From: Candidatus Bathyarchaeota archaeon
Lineage (GTDB): Archaea; Thermoproteota; Bathyarchaeia; Bathyarchaeales; Bathyarchaeaceae
Assembly (NCBI GenBank): GCA_020348365.1
Contig: CP070749.1
Coordinates: 472,992 to 505,263 of the forward strand
Reading direction: 5' to 3'
Length of the DNA: 32,272 bases
A model generated the notes under the pieces. It was not told where the DNA came from. It saw only the letters and a list, made by a program, of their open reading frames with translations, and ran no database searches. The translations under genes were made by a program, and so were the position numbers. Shown piece by piece: positions 18,959 to 26,846 of the stretch (position 1 is its first letter; every line of letters begins with the position of its first letter).

Positions 18959-19685
18959 TCATTTACGCAGTCTTTTCCTGAACTCCACGTAGGCTTCAAG
19001 TTCTTTCAACATCTTGTCTAGAATTGAAGTTGATTTGCGAAGTTCATCTCTGATTTCTTCGAGAAGTCTCGCATTCAATGGAATATGCCACCCTTTATCA
19101 GTTGATTCGTCAGCCCAAAGAAAATTGTGAAGGCGGGATACTTATTCGCAATGAGCCTTTGTCTTCCACCATACATGGATACCATGGCTGTAGCAGGAGC
19201 AGAGACAACACTCGCTGAATTAGTCTAGAAAGCATTGTTGGCATGCATTGGAAGGGTTGTTAAGGGTTGAGCCGGCATTATCTGGGCACATGTGCATTCT
19301 TCAAGGGTAAGTGTTCACGAAACGCCCGAGACTTATATTGAATCACGCATGCACGGATGCGTTTGCAGAAGTCTCTTATTGTAGTGAGGCCTGCGCCTTG
19401 TGTGTTGGGAGCCAAGCCCTTCTCAGTCAAGTATTTAAGAAACATCTTGACAGACATTTCAGCACGGTGGCGAACCCTGAGATCATCGCTCTTCAACTCT
19501 TCCTTGCGCGCCTCAATCAACTCGTCGGAAATCTTGCAAAGTCACTCACAACACTTTCGCACCGTACCCATCTACTGTTGCTTGGTTGTGGGTGCCCCAT
19601 CCTCACCAAGTAATGACTTCATCCAGTACCGGACAGACGCAAAAATCTCAAACTCCTCTTCGTATTCATGCATGTTCCAAACCAT
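18959..19685 (-). pseudogene. Decayed, 3'-truncated tyrosine recombinase (integrase) gene remnant
   Basis: One minus-strand frame from about 19685 to 19278 is interrupted by an in-frame TAG (19572-19574) and TGA (19542-19544). It contains VKMFLKYLTEKGLAPNTQGAGLTTIRDFCKRI, which resembles the SAM-like core-binding domain of tyrosine recombinases. A different frame (19141-18959) reads SRLHNFLWADESTDKGWHIPLNARLLEEIRDELRK. This resembles the box-I Arg and GKG-K-R-x-VPL-x-x-LLEEL region of XerA/XerC/D-type integrases. No HxxR or catalytic Tyr region follows. Confidence 0.5.
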
Positions 19686-19750
19686 AATCTTTGATGAAGT
19701 TTCTTCGAGAGGTGAGATGCAACCGAAGCAACTTGGATAGGGAATGCTCC

Positions 19751-20938
19751 ATGCGGGTTCAATTTTCACCTTGCGGAATCGGCTTAGGCCACGTCGGTCG
19801 TTGTATCCCTGTAGCCCGGAGATTAGAGAAGAGCGGTGCCAAAGTGTTGTTCTCCACGTATAAGGAGGGAATACAGTATCTTGAGCATGAAAATCTTCCC
19901 GTTGTAGAGGCCCCAGAAATCGAGTTTCTGGTTAAGCCGGACGGAACAGTTGACTTCAAACGGTCATTAGTCAGCATAGGACCGTTCTTCGCCTCGTTTA
20001 CGCTCCTAAAACAGGTTGAGGCGGAAATAGAAGTCATGAAGTCATTCAAACCGGACGTGGTTGTATCAGACTCGAGAATCTCTCCTATAATAGCCGCGGG
20101 ATTACTTGGGATACCCGACATCTGTATCCTCAACCAATTCCAGATAATCATCCCTAGAAAAAAGCGACTTCTGAGACTCGCCAAGCTCGCAGACGCTGGC
20201 GCCCTAGCCGTGATAGGAAGAATATGGACAACCGCGATAAGGCTGCTAATTCCCGACTTTCCGCAGCCCTACACAATTTCTGTCCAGAATCTACGTATTC
20301 CGAACTCATATCAAAAAAGTGTTGAACTAATAGGTCCCTTACTACCTATCCACTCTGATGAGTTGCCCAGCCGAAAAATGATAGAGAGAGAACTCGGCCT
20401 GAATGGAGAAAAACCCTTAATCTTCGCACCAATTAGTGGACCACCTAAAGAGCGAGCGTACTTCACAGGCATTCTTCGACAAATCTTCAAGGAGCTTCCA
20501 GATGACTATCGAATAGTCATGTCGCTTGGCTATCCTAACGCGTCCCCTGAACCAGTTCATAATGGAAACCTAACCATCTACAAATGGGTCCCCAACCGAT
20601 TCGAACATTTGAAGGCTTGTGATCTAGTGATCGCTAGGGCTGGACACGGAACACTAACACAATCAATCTCCTACGGCAAGCCTATGATCCTCGTGCCAAC
20701 GCCAAGCCACACAGAACAACTCAACAATGCTAAAAGGGCAGTTCAATTGGGAATCGCTGAGATGATCGAGCAGAAAGATCTGAACAAAGAAACACTTCTT
20801 GAGACCATACAAGAGATATTAGGAAACCCCAGATTTAGAGAAAGAGCAGAACAGATTCAGAGAGAAATCTCAAGATTCAACGGAGTTGACGCCGCCGTCC
20901 AAGCAATAATAGAAGCAACAGAAGCCGGATGTTCATAA
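19751..20938 (+). CDS. Glycosyltransferase, GT1/GT28 (MurG/MGT-like) family
   Basis: N-terminal MRVQFSPCGIGLGHVGRCIPVARRL (G-loop) and C-terminal ARAGHGTLTQSISYGKPMILVPTPSHTEQLNNA, typical of GT-B UDP-sugar transferases. The ATG at 19751 is preferred over 19691. Confidence 0.8.
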   Translation: MRVQFSPCGIGLGHVGRCIPVARRLEKSGAKVLFSTYKEGIQYLEHENLPVVEAPEIEFLVKPDGTVDFKRSLVSIGPFFASFTLLKQVEAEIEVMKSFKPDVVVSDSRISPIIAAGLLGIPDICILNQFQIIIPRKKRLLRLAKLADAGALAVIGRIWTTAIRLLIPDFPQPYTISVQNLRIPNSYQKSVELIGPLLPIHSDELPSRKMIERELGLNGEKPLIFAPISGPPKERAYFTGILRQIFKELPDDYRIVMSLGYPNASPEPVHNGNLTIYKWVPNRFEHLKACDLVIARAGHGTLTQSISYGKPMILVPTPSHTEQLNNAKRAVQLGIAEMIEQKDLNKETLLETIQEILGNPRFRERAEQIQREISRFNGVDAAVQAIIEATEAGCS

Positions 20939-21804
20939 TGTTTCTTCCAGAAGAAGTATTGGATGAGAAAATCCGCAGGTTTCTAGAAGGAGACATCGGG
21001 CAAGGGGATATAACTACACTTCTCACGATCCCTCATGGGATAGTTGTTGAGGCAGAAGTTGTTGCAAAGGAAGAAGGGATAGTAGCCGGAGTAGAAGAGG
21101 TTTCAGCATTTTTGACAAACCTTGGTTTTGAAGTAGATGCCCTGGTATCAAATGGATCTGGAGTTGAGAAAGGCACAATCACTATGAGAATTGTTGGAGA
21201 TGCAAGAACTCTACTCTCAATCGAGAGAACAATTCTCAACCTCGTCACAAGAATGAGCGGCATAGCCACAAAAACCAGCCGAGTTATCGAAAAGGTTCGG
21301 GATGCTGGCCATAAGTGCAGAATAGCCTGCACTCGAAAGGTGGCGCCGGGACTCTCATACTTCGATAAAAAAGCCGTGATGTTGGGGGGAGGCGACACCC
21401 ACCGTCTCCACCTTGACGATCTTGTACTCATAAAAGACAACCACCTAGCCATCATTGGAGATGTTGGTGAGGCTGTGAAGAGGGCTAGAAAAGGGGCTTC
21501 ATTTTCCAAGAAGATTGAAATAGAGGTTTCTTCTGAGAAGGAGGCCTTGGACGCTGTGGAAGCTGGCGCTGACATTATTATGCTCGACAACTTCTCCCCT
21601 CAAAGAATCAGGGATACGATATCATTGCTCAAAAAGAGGGGGCTCCGAGATAAGGTCTTCGTCGAAGCAAGCGGTGGAATAAACGAATTGAACATTGTAG
21701 AATTTGCCGCCACTGAAGTAGATATCCTGAGCCTTGGAGAGATAACTGCTAGCACGAGAGCGCTGGACATGAGCCTTGACATCGTAAAAATAACGGAGGA
21801 GTAG
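20929..21804 (+). CDS. nadC: Nicotinate-nucleotide pyrophosphorylase [carboxylating] (quinolinate PRT)
   Basis: LSIERTILNLVTRMSGIATKT, TRKVAPGL and IMLDNFSP motifs. The start is the ATG at 20929 or 20938. It overlaps the glycosyltransferase stop. Confidence 0.9.
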   Translation: MFIMFLPEEVLDEKIRRFLEGDIGQGDITTLLTIPHGIVVEAEVVAKEEGIVAGVEEVSAFLTNLGFEVDALVSNGSGVEKGTITMRIVGDARTLLSIERTILNLVTRMSGIATKTSRVIEKVRDAGHKCRIACTRKVAPGLSYFDKKAVMLGGGDTHRLHLDDLVLIKDNHLAIIGDVGEAVKRARKGASFSKKIEIEVSSEKEALDAVEAGADIIMLDNFSPQRIRDTISLLKKRGLRDKVFVEASGGINELNIVEFAATEVDILSLGEITASTRALDMSLDIVKITEE

Positions 21805-21926
21805 ACTCACACCAGAATAGCCCCAAGAAAGCACTCGACATTGTATGCAAGCCGTGATTCGCTAGAATCAAATGTAGCATGCTCACACGCAAACAGAACT
21901 CGCTAAACAAGAGAATCGGGCACAAG

Positions 21927-22634
21927 TCAAACTATTGGGGTGATCTCCAGAGCTCTAAAGCCTCGGGCCCGTGGATTCAATATTTCAGAAAACACAACAT
22001 TCTTAACAATCTTCTTTTCATCCAAAGCACGCCCTACAATGTCGTGTTCTGCGGGCTCCAAGGAGTGCAGCTCAACACCACCACTAAATGTATTCAAATG
22101 ACACTTCGCGGGCAGACCCAATCTCAGCTTCCTAGTTTCTTCTACAGCCTTTTCTGCAGTATATAGAACTGCATGGGCGCCTGATGTCAGCTCAGCGATT
22201 CGAACTGGAATGCTATCCTTCCCCATTGCCAGAACCTCGATATTATGAATGCGTCCAATGTCAGAGGCAATCTTCCGAATTCTAGGAAGAATCCTCAGAA
22301 CATGTCTCCGAGCCCTGCCAGAGATTCTCATACCAGAGAGCTGAATCGCAGAAAGAGCCTCCAAGCTCAGGCCACCCAAAGACATGTCAAGATGAACGAT
22401 ATCTGCCTTCACCTCTTTCAAAAGGTTTGCACACAGCTCAAGCTCATGAATCACCAAAAGAGGCCCTTCCTCCACCTTGCTGAAGATGGGCTCCGCCAGA
22501 CAAAAGCTGGCTTTTCTATATGGAGAATCCACAAGAATCGCTGCTGCAGCAACAACAAACAACGGTCTAAAGTTGAAATCCAAGATGGCAGCGCCAGAAT
22601 CTGCTGCAACTACCCTCAACACATCTTCACTCAA
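21927..22634 (-). CDS. Conserved hypothetical protein, possibly an RNase H-fold/NurA-like nuclease (DUF4152-like?)
   Basis: 235-aa ORF with plausible composition. VVAADSGAAIL and IVHLDMSLGG are reminiscent of the DGS and DGSL acidic motifs of NurA/RNase H-fold nucleases. The family assignment is from memory only. Confidence 0.4.
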   Translation of the reverse strand: MSEDVLRVVAADSGAAILDFNFRPLFVVAAAAILVDSPYRKASFCLAEPIFSKVEEGPLLVIHELELCANLLKEVKADIVHLDMSLGGLSLEALSAIQLSGMRISGRARRHVLRILPRIRKIASDIGRIHNIEVLAMGKDSIPVRIAELTSGAHAVLYTAEKAVEETRKLRLGLPAKCHLNTFSGGVELHSLEPAEHDIVGRALDEKKIVKNVVFSEILNPRARGFRALEITPIV

Positions 22635-22872
22635 CTTTACACTGCCTCAGCAAGATTTAGTTGTCGCTACCAAGAACCATTTTTCTAAATGGTCTAATCA
22701 TAATATAAAGATAAAGGGAAATATGACAGTACTAGCGAACTAAAACAGTTGCCTTCATAAGTTTCAGCATGGAGTCTGAGTCATCCATCATTAATAGCAG
22801 CTTGAATCAGAGTAACTCTGACGCATCACGTGAGATTGAACGGGCTTTCTCAGTGTCCCTTTATGTTATACA

Positions 22873-23478
22873 CTATTCAAACTTCGTTCCTAGAACGTAT
22901 GACTCTGAACTCTTTGCTCTGCTGGCTTTTGGTTTAACTCGTCTAATATGGGCAAAGTGTTGCTTGGCTTTTTTCATGAAGTCGTCGAGCATGCCACCGT
23001 GAAAAGTCTTGACAAAAAAGCTTCCTCTGGGTCTGAGAACAAGAGTCGCGATTCGCAGAGAATGTGTAGCGAGATCGATTTGGCGGGCATGATCAAGCTC
23101 CCAGACTCCAGAAACATTCTGTGCGACATCAGAGATCACAACATCTGCAGGGCAGGGCAGGAAGCCCCTAATCTGCTGAGCAACCTCTCGCTCCCTAATG
23201 TCGCCGATGAATGTTTTGACGTTTGATGAGTTAAAGGGTCGGATTTGTTTGAGATCGACTCCAAGTACGAACCCCTTAACGCCCACGATTTTCCGAGATG
23301 CTTGGGTCCAGCCACCTGGAGCTGCACCCAAGTCAACCACTACATCACCAAGCTTCATGAATTGATATCTTTTCACAGCCTGAAGAAGTTTGAAGGCAGC
23401 ACGTGACCTGTATTTCGCCTTCTTCGCCTCTCGATAATAATGCTCTCTCTTTCGCTTCTTGACCCATTCCCTGGGCAA
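22873..23478 (-). CDS. rlmE: 23S rRNA (uridine-2'-O)-methyltransferase RlmE/FtsJ
   Basis: YRSRAAFKLLQ and VVDLGAAPGGWTQ (SAM site). The TTG start lies 2 nt after the stop of the upstream wH gene. Confidence 0.9.
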   Translation of the reverse strand: MPREWVKKRKREHYYREAKKAKYRSRAAFKLLQAVKRYQFMKLGDVVVDLGAAPGGWTQASRKIVGVKGFVLGVDLKQIRPFNSSNVKTFIGDIREREVAQQIRGFLPCPADVVISDVAQNVSGVWELDHARQIDLATHSLRIATLVLRPRGSFFVKTFHGGMLDDFMKKAKQHFAHIRRVKPKASRAKSSESYVLGTKFE

Positions 23479-23480
23479 GA

Positions 23481-23858
23481 CTAGCCTTCACCCGAAGGAT
23501 TCATCTCTTTATGTGCAAGACCTAAGATCCACTCCGTCAATCTTTCACACCTGTTGGGTGATACTATACTCCAGGCGCCACATCGAAAGGCATCTGAACA
23601 CATAAGGCAGGGACAATCGATTATGGAGCTTATGGATACGGGTTGCCTCGTCGGATAAAGTCGATACGTCCACCTCTCATTATGAAGCTCGCGCTCTCGC
23701 CGAACGAATCCTTTCTTATTCAGTTTTATTGCTATTCGAGAGCCTTCTCTGCTGGTGGCTCCAAGTTTCCTCCACATCTGACACTGGAGTATTCCTTGTT
23801 CTGCTTGGCTTGCAATCAGCTGTAGTGCCTTGTGCTCAAGGTCGTTATGTCTCGGCAT
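23481..23858 (-). CDS. Winged-helix protein with a C-terminal Cys cluster; candidate TFE-beta / RPC34-like transcription factor subunit
   Basis: The N-terminal wH-like region reads ALQLIASQAEQGILQCQMWRKLGATSREGSRIAIKLNKKGFVRRE. The C-terminus DCPCLMCSDAFRCGAWSIVSPNRC has C-x2-C-x5-C-x10-C spacing, compatible with an FeS-binding module like the one described for archaeal TFE-beta. Confidence 0.45.
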   Translation of the reverse strand: MPRHNDLEHKALQLIASQAEQGILQCQMWRKLGATSREGSRIAIKLNKKGFVRRERELHNERWTYRLYPTRQPVSISSIIDCPCLMCSDAFRCGAWSIVSPNRCERLTEWILGLAHKEMNPSGEG

Positions 23859-24033
23859 ATCTGCTTTCCCTTGAAGACCTCAATAATAAGTAGACACTCC
23901 AGAACATAAAAACTTGTGTGTCAACCTTGGATGTCAAGGAAAACCGTAAATTGTCCGCCGAGGCGAGGTATTTTGCGCGCGCCGATGTTCAGAGTGATAA
24001 CGGTAACCCTTTATTAAAGGAGAAAACATCTAG

Positions 24034-25053
24034 ATGCATCGTTCAGCCATGACCTACTGTCTAGGTATAGAGTCTACAGCCGATGACTTCAGCGTTGGAA
24101 TAGTCACCTTTGAAGGTGAAGCCTTAGCTAACGTTACCAGTACATACATGTCAGAGAGTGGCGGGATTCATCCACGCGAAGCAGCTCAACACCACACCAG
24201 AGTTGTTGGGAAAGTCTTAAGAGAAGCCTTGCGGAAAGCCCACATAGAACCCAAAGATGTTGAGATTGTGGCTTTTTCGCAGGGACCGGGTATGGGGCCT
24301 TGTCTTCGCACCGGCGCAACCGCTGCTAGGGCGCTTGCCTCTTATCTAGATGTTCCTCTCATGGGTGTTAACCACCTCGTTGCCCATATCGAGATCGGAA
24401 GACTGGCAACGGGCGCAGAGGACCCAGTCACACTATTTGTTTCTGGTGGAAATACGATTGTTGCTGCTTTTGATGTTGGGCGCTACCGTATTTTCGGAGA
24501 GACATTAGATATCGCTATTGGCAACTGCATCGACGTCTTTGCCAGGGAAGCAGGGTTGCGCCCAGAGGAAGGGTTGCCTGTCGCCGCTATGGTCGAAGAG
24601 TTGGCGAGTCGTGGAGTTGTCTTTGTTCCTCTTCCATACACGGTGAAGGGTATGGACCTCTCATTTAGCGGTCTGCTCACGGCGGCAACAGAACTGCTTC
24701 GCAAAACCAAGTACAGACTAGAAGACTTATGTCATAGTCTTCAGGAGGGAATCTTTTCCATGCTAACCGAAGTGACGGAACGGGCATTAGCACACACGGA
24801 AAAGAAGGAGGTCTTGTTAACGGGCGGTGTTGCGGCTAACAAGCGGTTGCAGACCATGCTAGAAATAATTGCTAAGGAGCATGAAGCTCGGTTCTGCGTG
24901 GTTCCGAAGCAATTTGCCATGGATAATGGAACCATGATTGCCTGGATGGGGATCTTAGCTTACCAACATGGTCTAAAAGTGCCCATTGAGAAGAGCTTTG
25001 TCAGATTGAAGTGGCGGTTGGATGAGGTGGATGTGCCATGGATGAAGAGGTGA
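24034..25053 (+). CDS. kae1: tRNA N6-adenosine threonylcarbamoyltransferase Kae1 (KEOPS catalytic subunit)
   Basis: CLGIESTADDFSVGIV, GVNHLVAHIE (metal-binding His pair) and the ASKHA fold length. The start may be the ATG at 24052 (MTYCLGIE). Confidence 0.93.
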   Translation: MHRSAMTYCLGIESTADDFSVGIVTFEGEALANVTSTYMSESGGIHPREAAQHHTRVVGKVLREALRKAHIEPKDVEIVAFSQGPGMGPCLRTGATAARALASYLDVPLMGVNHLVAHIEIGRLATGAEDPVTLFVSGGNTIVAAFDVGRYRIFGETLDIAIGNCIDVFAREAGLRPEEGLPVAAMVEELASRGVVFVPLPYTVKGMDLSFSGLLTAATELLRKTKYRLEDLCHSLQEGIFSMLTEVTERALAHTEKKEVLLTGGVAANKRLQTMLEIIAKEHEARFCVVPKQFAMDNGTMIAWMGILAYQHGLKVPIEKSFVRLKWRLDEVDVPWMKR

Positions 25054-25062
25054 GGATTTATC

Positions 25063-25701
25063 GTGCTGCTGAAGAAAGGAGCTGAAGCTAGTCTGTTTCT
25101 GGAGCAGTGGCACGGTCGCAAAGTTGTCATGAAGAAACGACTGCCAAAGAAGTATCGCCTTCCACAGTTGGACGAGAGCATACGGTCTTATCGAACGGTG
25201 CATGAGCCTCAGCTGATGCATCAGTCCAAAGAGGCAGGGGTTCCTAGTCCCACGATCTTCTTGGTTGACGTTGAAGAGGCCAATATCGTAATGGAGTTCA
25301 TCGAAGGAGATCAGGTGAAGCAGATTCTGCACACCCTCACGACCGAGGGAAGACGGAAGCTGTGCAGTTACATTGGCATGTTGATCGGGAATCTTCATAA
25401 ACACGGCATCATCCACGGAGACCTTACAACCTCCAACATGATTCTGACCCCACATGGAAAGATCGTGTTTGTTGACTTCGGACTAGGCGAGTTCTCCACC
25501 GAATTAGAGGCGAGAGGAGTCGATCTGCATCTTATGAAGAGAGCCTTTCAAAGCACACATTACAAGTACGCCAAGGAGGGCTTTGAAGCGGTTATGGAGG
25601 GTTACTCTGACGTTACGGGGAAGAAACTAGCTGAAGATCTTTTGAAGAAGATCAGGGAGATAGAAGAGAGGGGGCGTTACGTCTCCAGGGAAGAAGGATG
25701 A
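25063..25701 (+). CDS. bud32: KEOPS subunit Bud32 (atypical kinase/ATPase)
   Basis: LLKKGAEASLF, IIHGDLTTSNMIL and FVDFGLG. GTG start 6 nt after GAGGTGAGGA (25047-25056), and 9 nt after the kae1 stop. Confidence 0.88.
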   Translation: MLLKKGAEASLFLEQWHGRKVVMKKRLPKKYRLPQLDESIRSYRTVHEPQLMHQSKEAGVPSPTIFLVDVEEANIVMEFIEGDQVKQILHTLTTEGRRKLCSYIGMLIGNLHKHGIIHGDLTTSNMILTPHGKIVFVDFGLGEFSTELEARGVDLHLMKRAFQSTHYKYAKEGFEAVMEGYSDVTGKKLAEDLLKKIREIEERGRYVSREEG

Positions 25702-25704
25702 AAC

Positions 25705-26292
25705 ATGAAGTCTTTTCCATGGGGTAGAGTAGCTTTCTTCGTCACTGGAAACACCTGCAAATTTGATGAGGCCCGCATGGTGCTTGCGGAGTATAACGTT
25801 GCAACAGCTATGCTGAGGGTAAAGGCGGTTGAGATTCAAGATGATAGCGTAGAAGAGGTTGCCAAGGTCAGTGCCATAGACGCCGCGAAAAAATGTGGCC
25901 TACCTATCATCGTTGAGGATGCTGGGCTGTTCATAGAAGGGTTGAAAGGGTTTCCAGGATCCTATTCCTCATACGTTTATCGAACGATAGGGACGAAGGG
26001 CATTCTGGAATTGATGGAGAATGTTGAAGAGAGAGAAGCCTATTTCCACTCGGTGGTTGCCTTCTCCAGCCCTGATGAGCCTCCAAGATGCTTCCACGGC
26101 AAGGCAGAGGGGAAGATATCCAGAGAAGAGAAGGGAAGCCATGGCTTCGGATTCGACCCCATATTCAAGCCCTTAAATGGTCACGACAAAACCTTTGCCG
26201 AGATGACTAAGGAAGGAAAGAACAAGTATTCACATCGTGCCCTTGCTCTGGGAGAATTCGCCGAATGGTATACGTCGGGCTTTCAAAAATGA
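25705..26292 (+). CDS. rdgB: Non-canonical purine NTP pyrophosphatase (HAM1/RdgB, XTP/dITP diphosphatase)
   Basis: FFVTGNTCKFDEA, VEDAGLFIEGLKGFPG, GFGFDPIF and KNKYSHRALAL motifs. The start is 3 nt after the bud32 stop. Confidence 0.9.
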   Translation: MKSFPWGRVAFFVTGNTCKFDEARMVLAEYNVATAMLRVKAVEIQDDSVEEVAKVSAIDAAKKCGLPIIVEDAGLFIEGLKGFPGSYSSYVYRTIGTKGILELMENVEEREAYFHSVVAFSSPDEPPRCFHGKAEGKISREEKGSHGFGFDPIFKPLNGHDKTFAEMTKEGKNKYSHRALALGEFAEWYTSGFQK

Positions 26293-26344
26293 AAAAATCA
26301 AGCGGTAAATGTTAGAAATTGAGAATAGCCTTCAGAGCGAAGGC

Positions 26345-26352
26345 TTTAAATA
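26345..26352 (+). promoter_or_regulatory. TATA box (TTTAAATA) of the uS15-recJ-like-pcc1 unit
   Basis: A consensus archaeal TATA octamer preceded by GCGAAGGC (BRE-like). It lies 42 nt upstream of the uS15 TTG start. GGAGGGTGA (26382-26390) lies between them as a Shine-Dalgarno element. A 6-bp hairpin (26328-26344, GCCTTC-AGAGC-GAAGGC) directly abuts it. Confidence 0.55.
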
Positions 26353-26393
26353 TAGGCTGGGTGCTCGCTCCTAGAGGTCTCGGAGGGTGAGAA

Positions 26394-26834
26394 TTGAAGA
26401 AGAAGGCGAAGGGCAAGTCGCGTTCTGTTCGTCCAGTTAGCAAGAGACCTCCTGTCTGGTGCAAGTATAGACCAGAGGAGATTGAGGCTCTGATTATGAA
26501 GCTCACCAAGGAGGGCCATCCGCCGAGTGAGATTGGGATTCTGCTGCGCGACCTGCATGGTATTCCCTTAGCTAAGCCTATCACAGGGAAGTCGATCACT
26601 CAGATTTTGATGGATGCTGAGTTGAAACCGTCTCTTCCTGAAGACTTTGGGAATTTGCTGAAGAAGGCTGCGAGGCTGCGTGCTCATCTTGAAAGGAATC
26701 ATAAGGACCTACACAACAAGAGGGCCCTCCAGCTCGTGGAAGCCAGGATCTACAAGCTCATGAAATATTATAAACGCGAAGGAGCGCTACCTCCAGATTG
26801 GAAGTACGAGGCTAAGGCGGTTTCCTTTGTCTGA
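26394..26834 (+). CDS. rps15: 30S ribosomal protein uS15 (S15P/S13e)
   Basis: KGKSRSVRPVSKRPPVWCKYRPEEIEALIMKLTKEGHPPSEIGILLRDLHGIP and HLERNHKDLHNKRAL. TTG start with a strong Shine-Dalgarno element. Confidence 0.93.
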   Translation: MKKKAKGKSRSVRPVSKRPPVWCKYRPEEIEALIMKLTKEGHPPSEIGILLRDLHGIPLAKPITGKSITQILMDAELKPSLPEDFGNLLKKAARLRAHLERNHKDLHNKRALQLVEARIYKLMKYYKREGALPPDWKYEAKAVSFV

Positions 26835-26846
26835 TCTGGGGTTTGA

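Noticed and set aside
19542-19574. In-frame TAG and TGA in the integrase-like frame as pyrrolysine or selenocysteine recoding
   Set aside because: The gene also shows a frameshift and lacks its catalytic C-terminal half. No PYLIS- or SECIS-like context is evident. Decay is the simpler explanation.
21033-21590. 185-aa minus-strand ORF inside nadC
   Set aside because: It is antisense to nadC with low-complexity Ser/Thr/Ala composition and no motifs.
24973-25455. 160-aa minus-strand ORF across the kae1/bud32 junction
   Set aside because: It is antisense to two confidently called genes and has no recognisable domain.
26328-26344. Hairpin GCCTTC-AGAGC-GAAGGC after the HAM1 gene, as a Rho-independent-style terminator
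   Set aside because: The stem is only 6 bp, and the following T-rich tract is the TATA box of the uS15 promoter. It is more likely part of the BRE/TATA context than a dedicated terminator. It is mentioned under the promoter feature only.
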